Part shown: positions 47,116-57,990 of the stretch, piece by piece
How the letters are laid out: each line of letters begins with the position of its first letter
Numbering within the stretch: the stretch's first letter is position 1
NCBI GenBank assembly: GCA_009785795.1
Contig: WQVN01000002.1
Coordinates: 8,221-72,220, forward strand
Reading direction: 5' to 3'
Length of the DNA: 64,000 nt
DNA from: Coriobacteriia bacterium
GTDB lineage: Bacteria; Actinomycetota; Coriobacteriia; WRKU01; WQUG01
Translations under genes and position numbers: made by a program
The notes under the pieces: generated by a model
The model's database searches: none
What the model saw: the letters and a program-made list of their open reading frames with translations, nothing else
What the model was told of the DNA's origin: nothing

Positions 47116-48339
47116 ATGCGTGGAACCAGACAGCGCGGTCAATATAGTCAGATGCTAGATCGCAATAACAATACTGTGCAGCACGCACGCGATAGTAGGC
47201 AAGAAAGAATTCCGGGTGCAGATGGACATCATCTGGACTATGCAGATCATGCTGCAGAGAGAGCGCGTGGTCAAAGGCCGGTAAAGAAAAAAGGATCCTG
47301 GCTAGGTGTTGCAATGATGGCAGTACTGGTCGTTGTTGCGATGCTGGGGGTTGGAGCAGGCATCGCATACTGGTACTTCCTCAGCGAGAATTCGGTTGCG
47401 CCTGGTGAAGTGCGAACTTTAACCTTAGAGCAAGGAACATCAGTTGCAGGAATTGCTGACCAGCTAGAACAGGCAGATCTTATTGATAGGGCGGTAAAGT
47501 TTCGCATTCAAGTGCGCTTAGCTGAAGCAGATGATCAGTTGTTGGCTGGTACGTATCGCCTGGCACCTGGCATGACTTATGAGGAATTAATCGCAACCTT
47601 AATAGAGGGACCACCCCCACTTGATGTTGTGACCGTCACAATTCCAGAGGGCAGGTCGATTGACCGCATGGCAGAGATTCTTGCAGAAGCGATGAACTTT
47701 AGCGCAGAGGAATTCACGCTAATTGCACAATCTGCAGCGCCAGAATTTGCAGGTGATTTTCCCATGCTAATTGGTGCTTTTGACGACACGCTTGAGGGTT
47801 ATTTATTTCCTGACACCTATGAGTTTCTTGCAGACGCGACTCCTCGTGAAGTGATTACCGTCATGCTGAATCGTTTTGTTGATGTATGGGATGACCTGGG
47901 TGCGCCCACAGGGCCAGCGGCAGATATGACGGCGAGTGAGATTGTAGTTATTGCATCGCTTGTTGAAATGGAATCATCACTCGAGAACGAACGCCCCTTA
48001 GTTTCTTCTGTTATTTACAATCGTTTAGACATTGGCAGAAAGTTGCAATTTTGTTCAACGGTGCAATATACAATTATTGGCGAAGAGCGTCAGAGACTGC
48101 GTCTAACCTATGAGCAGACACAAGTTCCCAGTCCCTATAACACCTACTTGATTGAAGGGTTGCCACCAGGTCCCATTTCAAATCCTGGCAGACAAGCACT
48201 TGATGGTGCGCTGCATCCTGCAGATACGAGTTATATTTATTTTGTGCTGACTGGTCAAGATGGGTCTCAGACTTTTGCGAGTAATACGGCAGAGTTTGAG
48301 GAAGCACGTCAGCTATCGCGTGAAGTTTTTGGACAGTAG
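47116..48339 (+). CDS. mltG: Endolytic murein transglycosylase MltG (YceG family)
   Basis: N-terminal TM, a LysM-like segment, then the YceG core (LEGYLFPDTYEF, ASLVEMES, SPYNTYLIEGLPPGPISNPG). GAGGAG lies before ATG 47116. Confidence 0.85.
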   Translation: MRGTRQRGQYSQMLDRNNNTVQHARDSRQERIPGADGHHLDYADHAAERARGQRPVKKKGSWLGVAMMAVLVVVAMLGVGAGIAYWYFLSENSVAPGEVRTLTLEQGTSVAGIADQLEQADLIDRAVKFRIQVRLAEADDQLLAGTYRLAPGMTYEELIATLIEGPPPLDVVTVTIPEGRSIDRMAEILAEAMNFSAEEFTLIAQSAAPEFAGDFPMLIGAFDDTLEGYLFPDTYEFLADATPREVITVMLNRFVDVWDDLGAPTGPAADMTASEIVVIASLVEMESSLENERPLVSSVIYNRLDIGRKLQFCSTVQYTIIGEERQRLRLTYEQTQVPSPYNTYLIEGLPPGPISNPGRQALDGALHPADTSYIYFVLTGQDGSQTFASNTAEFEEARQLSREVFGQ

Positions 48340-48863
48340 TGAGCAGGCAGGTAACGACAACAATGGCTTTTCCTAAATACTATGTTGACAGTGTGTTAGA
48401 TATTGATCCTGCATGGCTGAAAAAGCAGAGCAGAACCTGTGTGTTGATTGATCTGGATAATACCTTGCTGCCACGCGATACAAGCGTTTTTAGCCCAGAG
48501 GTAATGGATTGGGTGCAATCGCTGTATGATGCAGACTTGAAAGTGTGCCTGTTGTCAAATAATTGGCATGAGCGTGTTCATACTGCCGCGGCAGAACTCA
48601 ATATGAAATTGGTTTCAAAGGCAGTAAAGCCACTACCTCCAGCGTTTTTTCTGGCGCTGCAGCGAGCAGGCGGCCGTAGGCGTGACACCATTATGATTGG
48701 CGACCAGTTATTTACTGATGTGTTGGGCTCGGCGATTTTAGGAATCCCTGCCATAATGGTAAAGCCTTTGGCAAAGCACGACTTAAAGCATACGCTGATG
48801 TTGCGCAACTTAGAACGTGTGATAATGCGCGATCGCAAGACAGCTCCACTTCCCTTGTCGTAA
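48339..48863 (+). CDS. YqeG-family HAD-IIIA phosphatase
   Basis: VLIDLDNTLLPRD (the DxD nucleophile motif), LLSNN and GDQLFTDV. Confidence 0.75.
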   Translation: MSRQVTTTMAFPKYYVDSVLDIDPAWLKKQSRTCVLIDLDNTLLPRDTSVFSPEVMDWVQSLYDADLKVCLLSNNWHERVHTAAAELNMKLVSKAVKPLPPAFFLALQRAGGRRRDTIMIGDQLFTDVLGSAILGIPAIMVKPLAKHDLKHTLMLRNLERVIMRDRKTAPLPLS

Positions 48864-48876
48864 GGAGGCAGGTGTA

Positions 48877-50154
48877 ATGACTCAAACGTATGCTGCCCCT
48901 AAGGGTACGGCAGACTTGCTGGGTGACAGTGCGCGCAGTTGGGATACTTTACAGTCCACTGCTCGCGAGGTTTTTACTCGTTATGGCTATACTTCAATCT
49001 ATACTCCAATTTTTGAAAATACGGAAGTTTTTACTCGTGGCATTGGCGAAGCAACTGATGTTGTGGGCAAGGAAATGTATACCTTTGAAGATCGTGGCGG
49101 CAGATCAATCACTCTGCGTCCTGAAAACACAGCAGGAGTAGTGCGCGCTGCTATTCAGGCAGGCTTAACGGCCAACAGTGCACATGCCAAGCTATTCTAT
49201 GCAGGTCCCATGTTTCGCTTTGAGCGTCCACAGAAAGGACGTCAACGTCAGTTCTATCAAATAGGTGCTGAGGGCTTAGGTCTAGACTCTGCACTTGCAG
49301 ATGCCGAGATGATTATGATGCTGTGGGACTATTTTACGACATTGGGATTGAAGCCCGCATCAATGCGCTTGCTGATAAACTCGATGGGCGATGAAGTTTG
49401 TCGTCCTGCGTATCGCATAAAGCTTGCTGCCTTTATAACTGACAATGCTGATGGGCTATGTGACGACTGTGTGCGTCGCGCCAACACCAATCCTCTTCGT
49501 GCTTTTGACTGCAAAAAAGAAGCATGCCGAGAAATAATGGACCGTGCTTTGCGACTAAGTGATGAGCTGTGTGGCGAATGTGCGACACATCAAGATACCG
49601 TACTCCGCTTGTTGGATCAGGCAGGACTGCAATATGAGCTTGATTCGCGCTTGGTGCGCGGATTGGACTATTACACACGAACAGTGTTTGAGATTCAGGT
49701 TGACCACGGCTTGGGCTCACAAAATGCGATTGGTGGTGGTGGACGCTATGATGGACTATTTGAAGACTTGGGCGGTAAACCGACGCCTTGTATTGGCTTT
49801 GCAATAGGGGCAGAGCGTACGGTACTTGCACTTGAAGCACAGGATACTGCCATAGCAATAGATGACAGTCTGTGCGTGTACGTGGCCGCAGTAGCAGATG
49901 AGCAGCGCGAAGCAGCTCTTGCGATGGCGATGGAGTTGCGCGGACGTGGTCTGACGGCTTTAAGTGATTTGCAAAATCGTTCTCTTAAAGCACAGTTCAA
50001 ACAGGCGGACAGAGCCAGAGCAGGCCATGTCTTAGTCTTAGGCGAGGATGAAGTTGCTCGTAAAGGTGTAACCATGCGCAACATGGAAACCAAGGAAGAA
50101 CGCTTTGTGACCCTGGGAAGTGTCTTCAAAATGCTGACGACAGATGAACGGTAG
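48877..50154 (+). CDS. hisS: Histidine--tRNA ligase
   Basis: PKGTADLLG, LRPENTAGVVRA, FRFERPQKGRQRQFYQ and GGGRYD are class IIa HisRS motifs. Confidence 0.95.
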   Translation: MTQTYAAPKGTADLLGDSARSWDTLQSTAREVFTRYGYTSIYTPIFENTEVFTRGIGEATDVVGKEMYTFEDRGGRSITLRPENTAGVVRAAIQAGLTANSAHAKLFYAGPMFRFERPQKGRQRQFYQIGAEGLGLDSALADAEMIMMLWDYFTTLGLKPASMRLLINSMGDEVCRPAYRIKLAAFITDNADGLCDDCVRRANTNPLRAFDCKKEACREIMDRALRLSDELCGECATHQDTVLRLLDQAGLQYELDSRLVRGLDYYTRTVFEIQVDHGLGSQNAIGGGGRYDGLFEDLGGKPTPCIGFAIGAERTVLALEAQDTAIAIDDSLCVYVAAVADEQREAALAMAMELRGRGLTALSDLQNRSLKAQFKQADRARAGHVLVLGEDEVARKGVTMRNMETKEERFVTLGSVFKMLTTDER

Positions 50155-50274
50155 GAGTGCCCAAAGACACTTCAAAAAGTAAGCAATAGAAGCATCTTAA
50201 AGATGCTGACAAAAGGTGAACAATAAGAGTGCAGTGCACTCACAAAAAATGTAGTTTGGAGAAAGGCGAAAACA

Positions 50275-52071
50275 ATGCTTGATAGCAAGTACTCAATTAG
50301 GACGCATGTGACACAACAACTCGACGATAGTCTTGCAGGACAAGAAGTTAAGTTGGCTGGCTGGGTAGGCAAGCGTCGTGATCATGGTGGGCTGATTTTT
50401 ATTGATTTGCGTGATCGCACGGGCATTGTGCAGTTGACCTTTGATCCTGATGAGTCGGGTGGAAGTGCCTTTGCACTTGCAGAAGCGGTACGTCCTGAAT
50501 GGGTCGTTGAGGTGCGCGGAAAGGTTAGAATGCGCCCAGCAGATGCGGTGAACCCACACATTCCAACAGGCAGTATCGAAGTCATAGTGAGCGAATTAAG
50601 TGTATTGAATATTTCAAAGACTCCACCCTTTGAAATTGAGGACGGAATCGAGACCGATGAGTCTGTGCGCATGAAGTGGCGCTTTCTTGATATTCGTCGT
50701 CCTGAGGTTACCCGCATCTTGGAATTGCGATCACAAGTGACAGCGAAATTTCGCAGTGCTTTGGTTGCACATGGCTTTGTTGAGGTCGAAACGCCAATCC
50801 TGACAAAGTCAACTCCAGAGGGCGCACGTGACTTCATTGTTCCTGCCCGTCATACTTCGGGGAAATTTTATGCTTTGCCACAGTCTCCGCAACTATTTAA
50901 GCAGCTGACTATGATTGGTGGACTCGAGCGCTACTTTCAGATTGCACGCTGCTTTCGCGATGAAGATCTACGTGCAGATCGTCAGCCAGAATTTACTCAG
51001 GTTGACCTAGAGATGAGCTTTGTTGAGCAAGACGATGTTATGAATCTGACAGAAGACGTACTTGCAGAAGTAATGAAAGTCGTTGACTATGACCTGCCAT
51101 CTCCGCTGAAGCGCATTACCCATGCTTATGCCATGGACACATATGGCTCTGATCGTCCCGATACGCGCTTTGACTTGCTACTGCAAGATATAAGTGATTG
51201 GGCAATGGGAACGAGCTTCAAGGTTTTTGCTGCAGCTCCTGCAAATGGTGGTGCGGTAAAGACAATCTGTGCTGCTGGTGCAGGGGATTGGACGCGCTCA
51301 AAATATGATGTCTTAAATCAGAAAGCTATTGCTGCAGGTGCCAAGGGACTTGCCTGGATGGCATTTCCCTCTGATATTGCCGATGGAGCAGATATAATGG
51401 AGCAGATCAAAAGCCCCATTGCAAAATTCTTCACCGCAGATGAATTGATTGCTTTGAAAAAGGCAACAGGAGCTACTGCTGGTGACGCTTTGTTTTTCGT
51501 TGCTGATGATGCGCAAGTTGCAAATGAAGTTCTAGGCGTCATTCGTCTAGAACTTGCCGACATGCTCGATATTCCTCGCGAGGGCTTTGATCCGCTATGG
51601 GTTGTTGACTTCCCACTGTTTATGCATGACGAAGACGGAGATCGCTGGGTGGCTAACCATCATCCCTTTACGCGCCCCTTTGACGAGGATGTGCATTTAC
51701 TTGAGAGTGATCCAGCAGCAGTGCTGAGCTATTCTTACGACCTCGTGCTTAATGGTTATGAGATTGGTGGCGGTACTCTACGCATTCATAACGAAGATTT
51801 GCAGTTGCGTGTACTTGCTCAGCTGGGGCATCAATTGGAGCAGGCGCGTGAAGAATTTGGCTTTTTGCTCGATGCACTGTCGTATGGCGCACCACCACAT
51901 GGCGGCATTGCGTTGGGGCTGGATCGCTTAGTCATGATTTTGGCAGGATGTGATTCTATTCGTGAAGTAATCGCATTTCCAAAGACAGCAAGTGGCAGTG
52001 ACCTTATGACAGAAGCACCATCAGAGGTAACGACCAAGCAACTGAAAGAAGTTCACCTGCGGCTTGCCTAA
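50275..52071 (+). CDS. aspS: Aspartate--tRNA ligase
   Basis: OB-fold N-terminus (GWV.KRRDHGGLIFIDLRDR.G), FRDEDLRADRQPEFTQ and GGIALGLDR. Confidence 0.95.
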   Translation: MLDSKYSIRTHVTQQLDDSLAGQEVKLAGWVGKRRDHGGLIFIDLRDRTGIVQLTFDPDESGGSAFALAEAVRPEWVVEVRGKVRMRPADAVNPHIPTGSIEVIVSELSVLNISKTPPFEIEDGIETDESVRMKWRFLDIRRPEVTRILELRSQVTAKFRSALVAHGFVEVETPILTKSTPEGARDFIVPARHTSGKFYALPQSPQLFKQLTMIGGLERYFQIARCFRDEDLRADRQPEFTQVDLEMSFVEQDDVMNLTEDVLAEVMKVVDYDLPSPLKRITHAYAMDTYGSDRPDTRFDLLLQDISDWAMGTSFKVFAAAPANGGAVKTICAAGAGDWTRSKYDVLNQKAIAAGAKGLAWMAFPSDIADGADIMEQIKSPIAKFFTADELIALKKATGATAGDALFFVADDAQVANEVLGVIRLELADMLDIPREGFDPLWVVDFPLFMHDEDGDRWVANHHPFTRPFDEDVHLLESDPAAVLSYSYDLVLNGYEIGGGTLRIHNEDLQLRVLAQLGHQLEQAREEFGFLLDALSYGAPPHGGIALGLDRLVMILAGCDSIREVIAFPKTASGSDLMTEAPSEVTTKQLKEVHLRLA

Positions 52072-52140
52072 CACCGTGTATAGCTAACACGCTATAATAA
52101 TATGCTAAATTTCCGATTGATTGAAGGAGTGGTCTATTCC

Positions 52141-53253
52141 ATGTCGCGAAAGTCGATTCTATGGATTGCACTTATTTGCGCACTGATGATTGCCTTGGTT
52201 GGGCTTAGTGGCTGCAGGGGTACAGAAGAAGTCGTTGTTGTCCCGCCACCCGTAGAAGAACCAGAACTAGAACCAGAGCCAGTTTATTGGCCACTTACGG
52301 GACTTGAGGCTGACGATGAGGAAGCGATTTTAGCCCGCCCCATGTCGGTGAAAATTGAGAATTCGCCTCAGTCACGTCCCCAGTCTGGACTTAATGCTGC
52401 AGATGTCGTGTACGAAACCATAACAGAGGGTGGGATTACACGCTTTAACGCCATTTATCAAAGTGAAATAATTGATAGTGTTGGACCAGTGCGCAGTGCG
52501 CGTTTGTCTGACGTGTGGATTGTTCCTCAGTTTGGCAATGGGCTATTCCTATATAGTGGCTGCAGCGGTCCCATTAGAACAGCGTTAGACAATGCTGGCA
52601 TTACTAATATGTCGCACGGTCTTATGGGTAACACGATATTCAATCAGGACAATCCTCGCTTTTCCCCTCATAACTTATATCTGAACTTGAGTATGGTCTA
52701 TGATGCAGCAGAGGAACGAGGCTATGATATTGTTACAGAGGATCCAGTCGTCGGTCTGGACTTCCAAAGCCTGACAGAAGAAAATCCCAGCTTTGCTGCT
52801 GTTCAAACCAGTGCAACACATGTCAACGTTCCCTTTTCTCCCAGTTACAATATGGACTGGAGCTGGAATGCAGAGGACGAACTGTGGGAGAGGTCGACCA
52901 ACGGAATTGAACAAACAGACCTTGATACAGAAGAGCGCATCACTACGAATAATCTAATTGTGGTTTGGGCTCAGCACACACAAACAGGGTATCGTGATTC
53001 TGCTGGGAGTTCCACATACGATATAGCCCTGGGTGGTGAAGGACGTGCTTCTATCTTCATGGATGGCACGCGTATTGATGGTACGTGGACTGCTACGGCA
53101 AGCACGCCTCCGACCTTTACCGATCCGCGAGGTGACACCATATTGCTGGTGCCTGGCAGAACCTGGATTAGCGTCTTGTTGCCCGACATCGACATTAATG
53201 TTGAAGGCGAATCAGAAGAAGTTGAAAATTTGACTGGCTATGGAGCCGACTAG
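52141..53253 (+). CDS. DUF3048 domain lipoprotein
   Basis: Signal peptide with lipobox LSGC. WPLTGL......RPMSVKIENSPQSRPQSGLN.ADVVYE...EGGITRF is the typical DUF3048 opening. The start could instead be 52102. Confidence 0.6.
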   Translation: MSRKSILWIALICALMIALVGLSGCRGTEEVVVVPPPVEEPELEPEPVYWPLTGLEADDEEAILARPMSVKIENSPQSRPQSGLNAADVVYETITEGGITRFNAIYQSEIIDSVGPVRSARLSDVWIVPQFGNGLFLYSGCSGPIRTALDNAGITNMSHGLMGNTIFNQDNPRFSPHNLYLNLSMVYDAAEERGYDIVTEDPVVGLDFQSLTEENPSFAAVQTSATHVNVPFSPSYNMDWSWNAEDELWERSTNGIEQTDLDTEERITTNNLIVVWAQHTQTGYRDSAGSSTYDIALGGEGRASIFMDGTRIDGTWTATASTPPTFTDPRGDTILLVPGRTWISVLLPDIDINVEGESEEVENLTGYGAD

Positions 53254-54111
53254 GTGCGAACACCGCGCGTATTAGCAATACACGACATTTCCGGAGTAGG
53301 GCGCTGTTCGCTAACAGTTGCCCTACCTGTACTTTCTGCAGCAGGCATTGAGTGTTCTGTGCTGCCGACTGCAGTTCTTTCGACTCACACGGGTGAATTT
53401 GAAGGATATACTTTTCGCGACCTAACAGAAGACATTATGCCCATAGCGCAGCACTGGGCAGATTTGGGACTGCATTTCGATGCGATCTATACAGGCTACT
53501 TAGGGTCTTTCGAACAAGTTGAGCTAGTTAAGCAGGTCATTGGGAAATTGCGCAGTGACAATACCTTAATTATTGTCGATCCTGTGATGGCAGACGAAGG
53601 AAAGCTCTATCCTGGATTTTCTGAGGACTATCCAGCACAGATGCGTACCTTATGTGCTTTGGCTGACGTGATTGTCCCTAACCTGACCGAGGCAGCTTTG
53701 TTGCTAGACTGCAAGTATGATGCAAATCCAGATGCAGAAAGAGTCGGAGCATTACTGCGAGCCTTATGTGTTAACACAGGTGCTACGGCAAGCGTCTTGA
53801 CAGGAGTGAGCTTAGAGTCAGCAACAAATATGGGAGCTGCAGGCTCCAATCCTGATGGCGGTTTTACGTACACCGCCGGTCAAATGGTGCCAGGCATGTA
53901 TCACGGAAGCGGCGACTTATTTTCAAGTGCCCTTGTAGCAGGATTGATGAATGGGCGAAGTTTAGAAGATGCAGTCGCCCTAGCGGTGCACTTTACTTCG
54001 ACATCGATCAAGCGAACCTTTGCTGCAGGAACAGAAACAAGATACGGCTTGCTTTTCGAGGCTGGCCTTGCACAGTTTGGCATGCAATTTCAGCATAGTG
54101 CTGACAAATAG
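53254..54111 (+). CDS. pdxK: Pyridoxal/pyridoxamine kinase
   Basis: VLAIHDISGVGRCSLTVALPVLSA.G.....LPTAVLSTHTG, DAIYTGYLGS and DPVMAD are PdxK/PdxY ribokinase-family motifs. Confidence 0.8.
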   Translation: MRTPRVLAIHDISGVGRCSLTVALPVLSAAGIECSVLPTAVLSTHTGEFEGYTFRDLTEDIMPIAQHWADLGLHFDAIYTGYLGSFEQVELVKQVIGKLRSDNTLIIVDPVMADEGKLYPGFSEDYPAQMRTLCALADVIVPNLTEAALLLDCKYDANPDAERVGALLRALCVNTGATASVLTGVSLESATNMGAAGSNPDGGFTYTAGQMVPGMYHGSGDLFSSALVAGLMNGRSLEDAVALAVHFTSTSIKRTFAAGTETRYGLLFEAGLAQFGMQFQHSADK

Positions 54112-54120
54112 GCACCGCCC

Positions 54121-54627
54121 ATGAGCACGGTATTAGGCATAGATCCAGGCTTGCAGCACACTGGTTGGGCGATAATTTCCAATTCCGATAAGAATTCTAT
54201 GCAGGCGGTGGCATACGGTGTAATCAGCACCAACGCAAAGGATGTACTCTCTGCACGCCTTGCGATGATTTTTGATGATTTGACGACAGTAATTGAGCGC
54301 TATCAGCCGACAAGTTGTGCGCTTGAAGGGGTCTTCTTTGGCCTGAATGCAAAAACGGCACTGTCGCTGGGACAGGCACGTGGAGCAGCGATTCTGGCAA
54401 CTGCACATAAAGGCTTAAGTATGGGAGAATATCCACCAGCCACCATTAAGCAGGCTATAGTAGGAACAGGTAATGCTGAAAAAGAGCAGATTACTTACAT
54501 GGTGCGCCAACTTTTAAATTTGGATCATGACCCTCAGCCTGATCACTGTGCAGATGCGCTTGCGGTGGCAATAACGCATTTGACACATCAAGATTACGCG
54601 GACAGAGCAGACAGGAGCTACAAATGA
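54121..54627 (+). CDS. ruvC: Crossover junction endodeoxyribonuclease RuvC
   Basis: VLGIDPGLQHTGWAII, ALEGVFF and PDHCADALAVAITH. Confidence 0.9.
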   Translation: MSTVLGIDPGLQHTGWAIISNSDKNSMQAVAYGVISTNAKDVLSARLAMIFDDLTTVIERYQPTSCALEGVFFGLNAKTALSLGQARGAAILATAHKGLSMGEYPPATIKQAIVGTGNAEKEQITYMVRQLLNLDHDPQPDHCADALAVAITHLTHQDYADRADRSYK

Positions 54628-55256
54628 TTGCCTTTCTGGCGGGCAGAATTGCACATAAAGCTAGTGACCGTCTGTATCTAGAGGTAGAAGGAATTGGTTA
54701 TGAGCTGATGACCAGTACTCGTACCCTGTCCTTAATCGGTGGTCGTGGCGAGGACTTACTGTTATATTCCTATATGCATGTGCGCGAAAATGAAGTTTCG
54801 CTGTATGGCTTTATTGATGAAGAAGAAAAACGCAGTTTTCTAGCACTGATTGAGGTGTCTGGCATAGGTCCAAAGGTTGCTCTGGCTGTGCTGTCATCCT
54901 TGCAGCCGCAAATGCTTGCAGGAGCAGTTGCCACAGAAGATATTGCGCTGCTTTCCAGTGTGCCAGGTATTGGCAAAAAGACAGCTCAGCGTCTGATTAT
55001 TGAATTAAAAGGCAAGCTTGATGCAATTTTTCCCGCTGCAGAGCAGGCGACCAGTGCAGACAGTACAAATGGCGATAGTAGCTTTGGCACTTCTGGTTCT
55101 GGCGAGCACAGTGCTTTTGCTGATGCGCAGGCAGCTCTGTTTTCGATGGGCTTCTCTGCAGCTGAAATTGCAGAAGCTTTTACGGGTGCTGCTTCAGATG
55201 CAGACAGCGAAGCTCTGCTCAAGTACGCACTAAGCAAGATGGGGGGCAGCACATGA
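54624..55256 (+). CDS. ruvA: Holliday junction branch migration protein RuvA
   Basis: MIAFLAGRI....DRLYLEV.GIGYEL, and the HhH motifs [12 protein letters not shown] and [11 protein letters not shown]. Confidence 0.9.
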   Translation: MIAFLAGRIAHKASDRLYLEVEGIGYELMTSTRTLSLIGGRGEDLLLYSYMHVRENEVSLYGFIDEEEKRSFLALIEVSGIGPKVALAVLSSLQPQMLAGAVATEDIALLSSVPGIGKKTAQRLIIELKGKLDAIFPAAEQATSADSTNGDSSFGTSGSGEHSAFADAQAALFSMGFSAAEIAEAFTGAASDADSEALLKYALSKMGGST

Positions 55257-56416
55257 GTATAAGCGACAAGCTACAACCTACATGGGAGGCAGATGCGTCA
55301 TTGAGCGACAAGGGTAAAGAAACAGGTATGTCCCAGCACGATACCCTTACCTCACCGCCAAATGCTGAAGCTCGAATGGTGGCACCTCAAACAGAAACCT
55401 CCGCAGAATCAGAACTTGAAATTAATTTGCGCCCTTTAGCACTTGTTGACTACAAGGGGCAGCAGCGTGTTAAGGATAATCTGGAAGTTTTGATCGCAGC
55501 AGCAAAGCAGCGTGATGAGCCACTTGACCACGTGCTACTTTCAGGACCGCCAGGTTTGGGCAAAACGACGCTTGCCACCGTTGTTGCAAATGAGATGGGT
55601 GTTGCAATTAAGCAAACTGCAGGACCTGCCATTGAGCGCGCAGGAGACCTGGCAGCCATACTTTCAAACCTTCAGGCAGGTGACGTGCTGTTTATAGACG
55701 AAATTCACCGCCTGTCGCGCGTTGTAGAGGAAATCCTCTACAGTGCTATGGAAGACTTCACTCTTGACATTGTTATTGGGAAGGGGCCAGCAGCGCGATC
55801 GATTACGCTGGATTTAGCGCGATTTACCCTAATTGGTGCAACAACGCGCACAGGGCTGCTCTCTGGTCCTTTACGTGATCGCTTTGGCATAAACTTTCGC
55901 CTGGACTACTATCAGCCAGAGGAACTGGAATCCATTATAGTGCGCAGTGCCTCTATTTTTGACATTGATATCGATACCAAGGCGGCCACTGAGATCGCAC
56001 GGCGTAGCCGGGGGACACCGCGACTTGCCAATCGGCTACTCAAGCGTGTGCGTGACTTTGCGCAAGTGCGCTACAAAGGAGCAATTACTGAAGACATTGC
56101 CGCAGAAGCTTTGAGCTTCTTCGAGGTCGATAGCCTAGGTCTTGACTGGATGGATACGAAAATACTCGAAACTCTGGCTCAAACGTTCCTAGGCAGGCCA
56201 GTGGGGCTTACGACGCTTGCCAATGCTACAGGGGAAGAAGCAGATACTATAGAGGATGTGTATGAACCCTTTTTGCTGCAGAAAGGACTCATAATACGTA
56301 CTCCAAAAGGACGCCAGGCAACAAATCGCGCTTTTGAGCATCTGGGATTGCCATTGCCTGTGTCCACAACAGATCAACCAGTACAGACTATCCAAGAGGA
56401 GGCCTTGTTCGAATGA
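55253..56416 (+). CDS. ruvB: Holliday junction DNA helicase RuvB (with ~45 aa N-terminal extension if the ATGA-coupled start is used)
   Basis: [19 protein letters not shown], Walker [20 protein letters not shown] and TLIGATTR. Internal starts at M26 or M42 are possible. Confidence 0.95.
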   Translation: MSISDKLQPTWEADASLSDKGKETGMSQHDTLTSPPNAEARMVAPQTETSAESELEINLRPLALVDYKGQQRVKDNLEVLIAAAKQRDEPLDHVLLSGPPGLGKTTLATVVANEMGVAIKQTAGPAIERAGDLAAILSNLQAGDVLFIDEIHRLSRVVEEILYSAMEDFTLDIVIGKGPAARSITLDLARFTLIGATTRTGLLSGPLRDRFGINFRLDYYQPEELESIIVRSASIFDIDIDTKAATEIARRSRGTPRLANRLLKRVRDFAQVRYKGAITEDIAAEALSFFEVDSLGLDWMDTKILETLAQTFLGRPVGLTTLANATGEEADTIEDVYEPFLLQKGLIIRTPKGRQATNRAFEHLGLPLPVSTTDQPVQTIQEEALFE

Positions 56417-56970
56417 CCAATCAAATTGAAAAGGACGAAGATGCGCCCAAGCAGTTCACACGCCCATCATTAGCTGGTCCTCAGACTAGGGTGCAGTTAA
56501 TTGTTACGGCAGCACTTTTAACTGCAGTTGTCTTTGTTGTAACGCGCTTTTTGGGAATTCCCCTTGGTGATGGCTGGTTAAATCTGGGGGACAGCTCAAT
56601 TGCGGCAAGTGCCCTACTGCTTAGTCATCCCCTAGTTGCCTTAGCCGCAGGACTGGGAAGCGCTTTGTCAAACTTGACGTCTGGTCATCTAATTTTTGCA
56701 CCAGCCACTTTCATCATTAAGGGTAGTATGGGCTACGTGCTGTATCTGTTCGCAAAAAGAGGCAGCTTTGCCTGGTTTGCGGTGGGCGTATTGTGCGCAG
56801 AAATCATCATGCTTGTTGGCTATACGGCATACATTTTTCTGCTGGTTGACGTGGGATCACTGGCAAGTATTCCAGGCAACTTATTCCAGGCAGCAGCAAA
56901 CTTTGTCCTTGCGTTGTTGCTATATGTGCCAATCATGAAATTGCGCGGTGTGCTTTGGCAGCAACGATAA
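56413..56970 (+). CDS. ECF-transporter S-component-like membrane protein
   Basis: About 5-6 TM helices with a G.LNLGDSSI...[13 protein letters not shown]......ATFIIKG pattern reminiscent of ECF substrate-capture subunits. It shares a 4 nt overlap with ruvB. The family assignment is tentative. Confidence 0.45.
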   Translation: MTNQIEKDEDAPKQFTRPSLAGPQTRVQLIVTAALLTAVVFVVTRFLGIPLGDGWLNLGDSSIAASALLLSHPLVALAAGLGSALSNLTSGHLIFAPATFIIKGSMGYVLYLFAKRGSFAWFAVGVLCAEIIMLVGYTAYIFLLVDVGSLASIPGNLFQAAANFVLALLLYVPIMKLRGVLWQQR

Positions 56971-57575
56971 CTCCCTCAATAGCCTATAGATACAAAGATG
57001 CGCTGTATCTAAACATTACAAATCAGTGCCCCTGCGACTGCACCTTTTGTCTGCGCGATACGCTTCCGTCTATTGGTGATGCGGATAACTTGTGGCTTGA
57101 CTGCGAACCAGGCTTTGACCAGATAATCGCATCATTGAAAAAGTATGAGCCCTTGGACGCATATCCAGAAATAGTATTCTGCGGATTTGGCGAGCCCTTC
57201 AGCTCCTATGAGACTATGATGGATGTTGCGCGCTGGCTAAAGGAAAGTGCAGGGGTGAAACATATACGTGTCAATACGAATGGGCTGGGAGATCTAATTG
57301 AGGGACGTTCGCTTGCTCCAGAACTGGCAGGAGTTATAGACGAGTTGTCCATTAGTCTGAATGCACCTGATGCAGCAACCTATGATAGCTTGTGCCATCC
57401 CGAATTTGGGATGTCTGCTTTTGATGCAATATGTACTTTTGCGCGATCCGCAAAGGACTATGTACCTACCGTTACTCTTTCAGTTGTGGATTTTTTGTCA
57501 AGCGAAGATATGCAAAAATGCAAAGATATCGCTCAGGCGCTGGAGTTCCCTTTAAAGGTCAGACATTTCGCTTAG
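56955..57575 (+). CDS. Small radical SAM protein (resembles the 'TatD-associated' rSAM family)
   Basis: CxxxCxxC cluster motif CPCDCTFC in LYLNITNQCPCDCTFCLR. FCGFGEP, VNTNG and ISLNA are rSAM core strands. The TTG start overlaps the upstream gene by 16 nt. Confidence 0.65.
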   Translation: MAATITPSIAYRYKDALYLNITNQCPCDCTFCLRDTLPSIGDADNLWLDCEPGFDQIIASLKKYEPLDAYPEIVFCGFGEPFSSYETMMDVARWLKESAGVKHIRVNTNGLGDLIEGRSLAPELAGVIDELSISLNAPDAATYDSLCHPEFGMSAFDAICTFARSAKDYVPTVTLSVVDFLSSEDMQKCKDIAQALEFPLKVRHFA

Positions 57576-57722
57576 CGGCATCTTTTCGACAGAATTGCGT
57601 GCAGATACGTTACTTGTGGTATGCTATGCGAAGCTGTTACAGCTATGTGTTTGTTATGGTGCTGTGCAAGCATGCAGGTACCATAGAAAGAGCTATCCGC
57701 AAGTGATGGCAGAAAGTGGGTA

Positions 57723-57929
57723 ATGATGGCAACAGGTAAGGTGAAGTGGTTCAATCCAGACAAAGGATATGGGTTCATCGAGCAAGAGGGTGGCGAAGAT
57801 CTCTTTGTACACTTTTCTGAGATTCAGATGGATGGCTTCAAGACGCTAGACGAAGGTACTGCTGTTGAATTTGACGTGACCGTTGGTCGTGACAATAAAA
57901 ATCAAGCAAGCAACGTAACGCTTGCCTAA
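57723..57929 (+). CDS. cspA: Cold-shock protein (CspA family)
   Basis: [15 protein letters not shown] (RNP1) and DLFVHFS (RNP2). It is preceded by a ~147 nt untranslated region. Confidence 0.9.
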   Translation: MMATGKVKWFNPDKGYGFIEQEGGEDLFVHFSEIQMDGFKTLDEGTAVEFDVTVGRDNKNQASNVTLA

Positions 57930-57960
57930 TATGGCAAGTGCTACGGTACATTTGATCTGA

Positions 57961-57990
57961 AAAGAGGCTGCATTTTGATGCAGCCTCTTT
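57961..57990 (+). terminator. Rho-independent terminator of cspA
   Basis: AAAGAGGCTGCA (57961-57972) pairs with TGCAGCCTCTTT (57979-57990). The stem ends in a T-run and is followed by TGCTTT. Confidence 0.7.
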
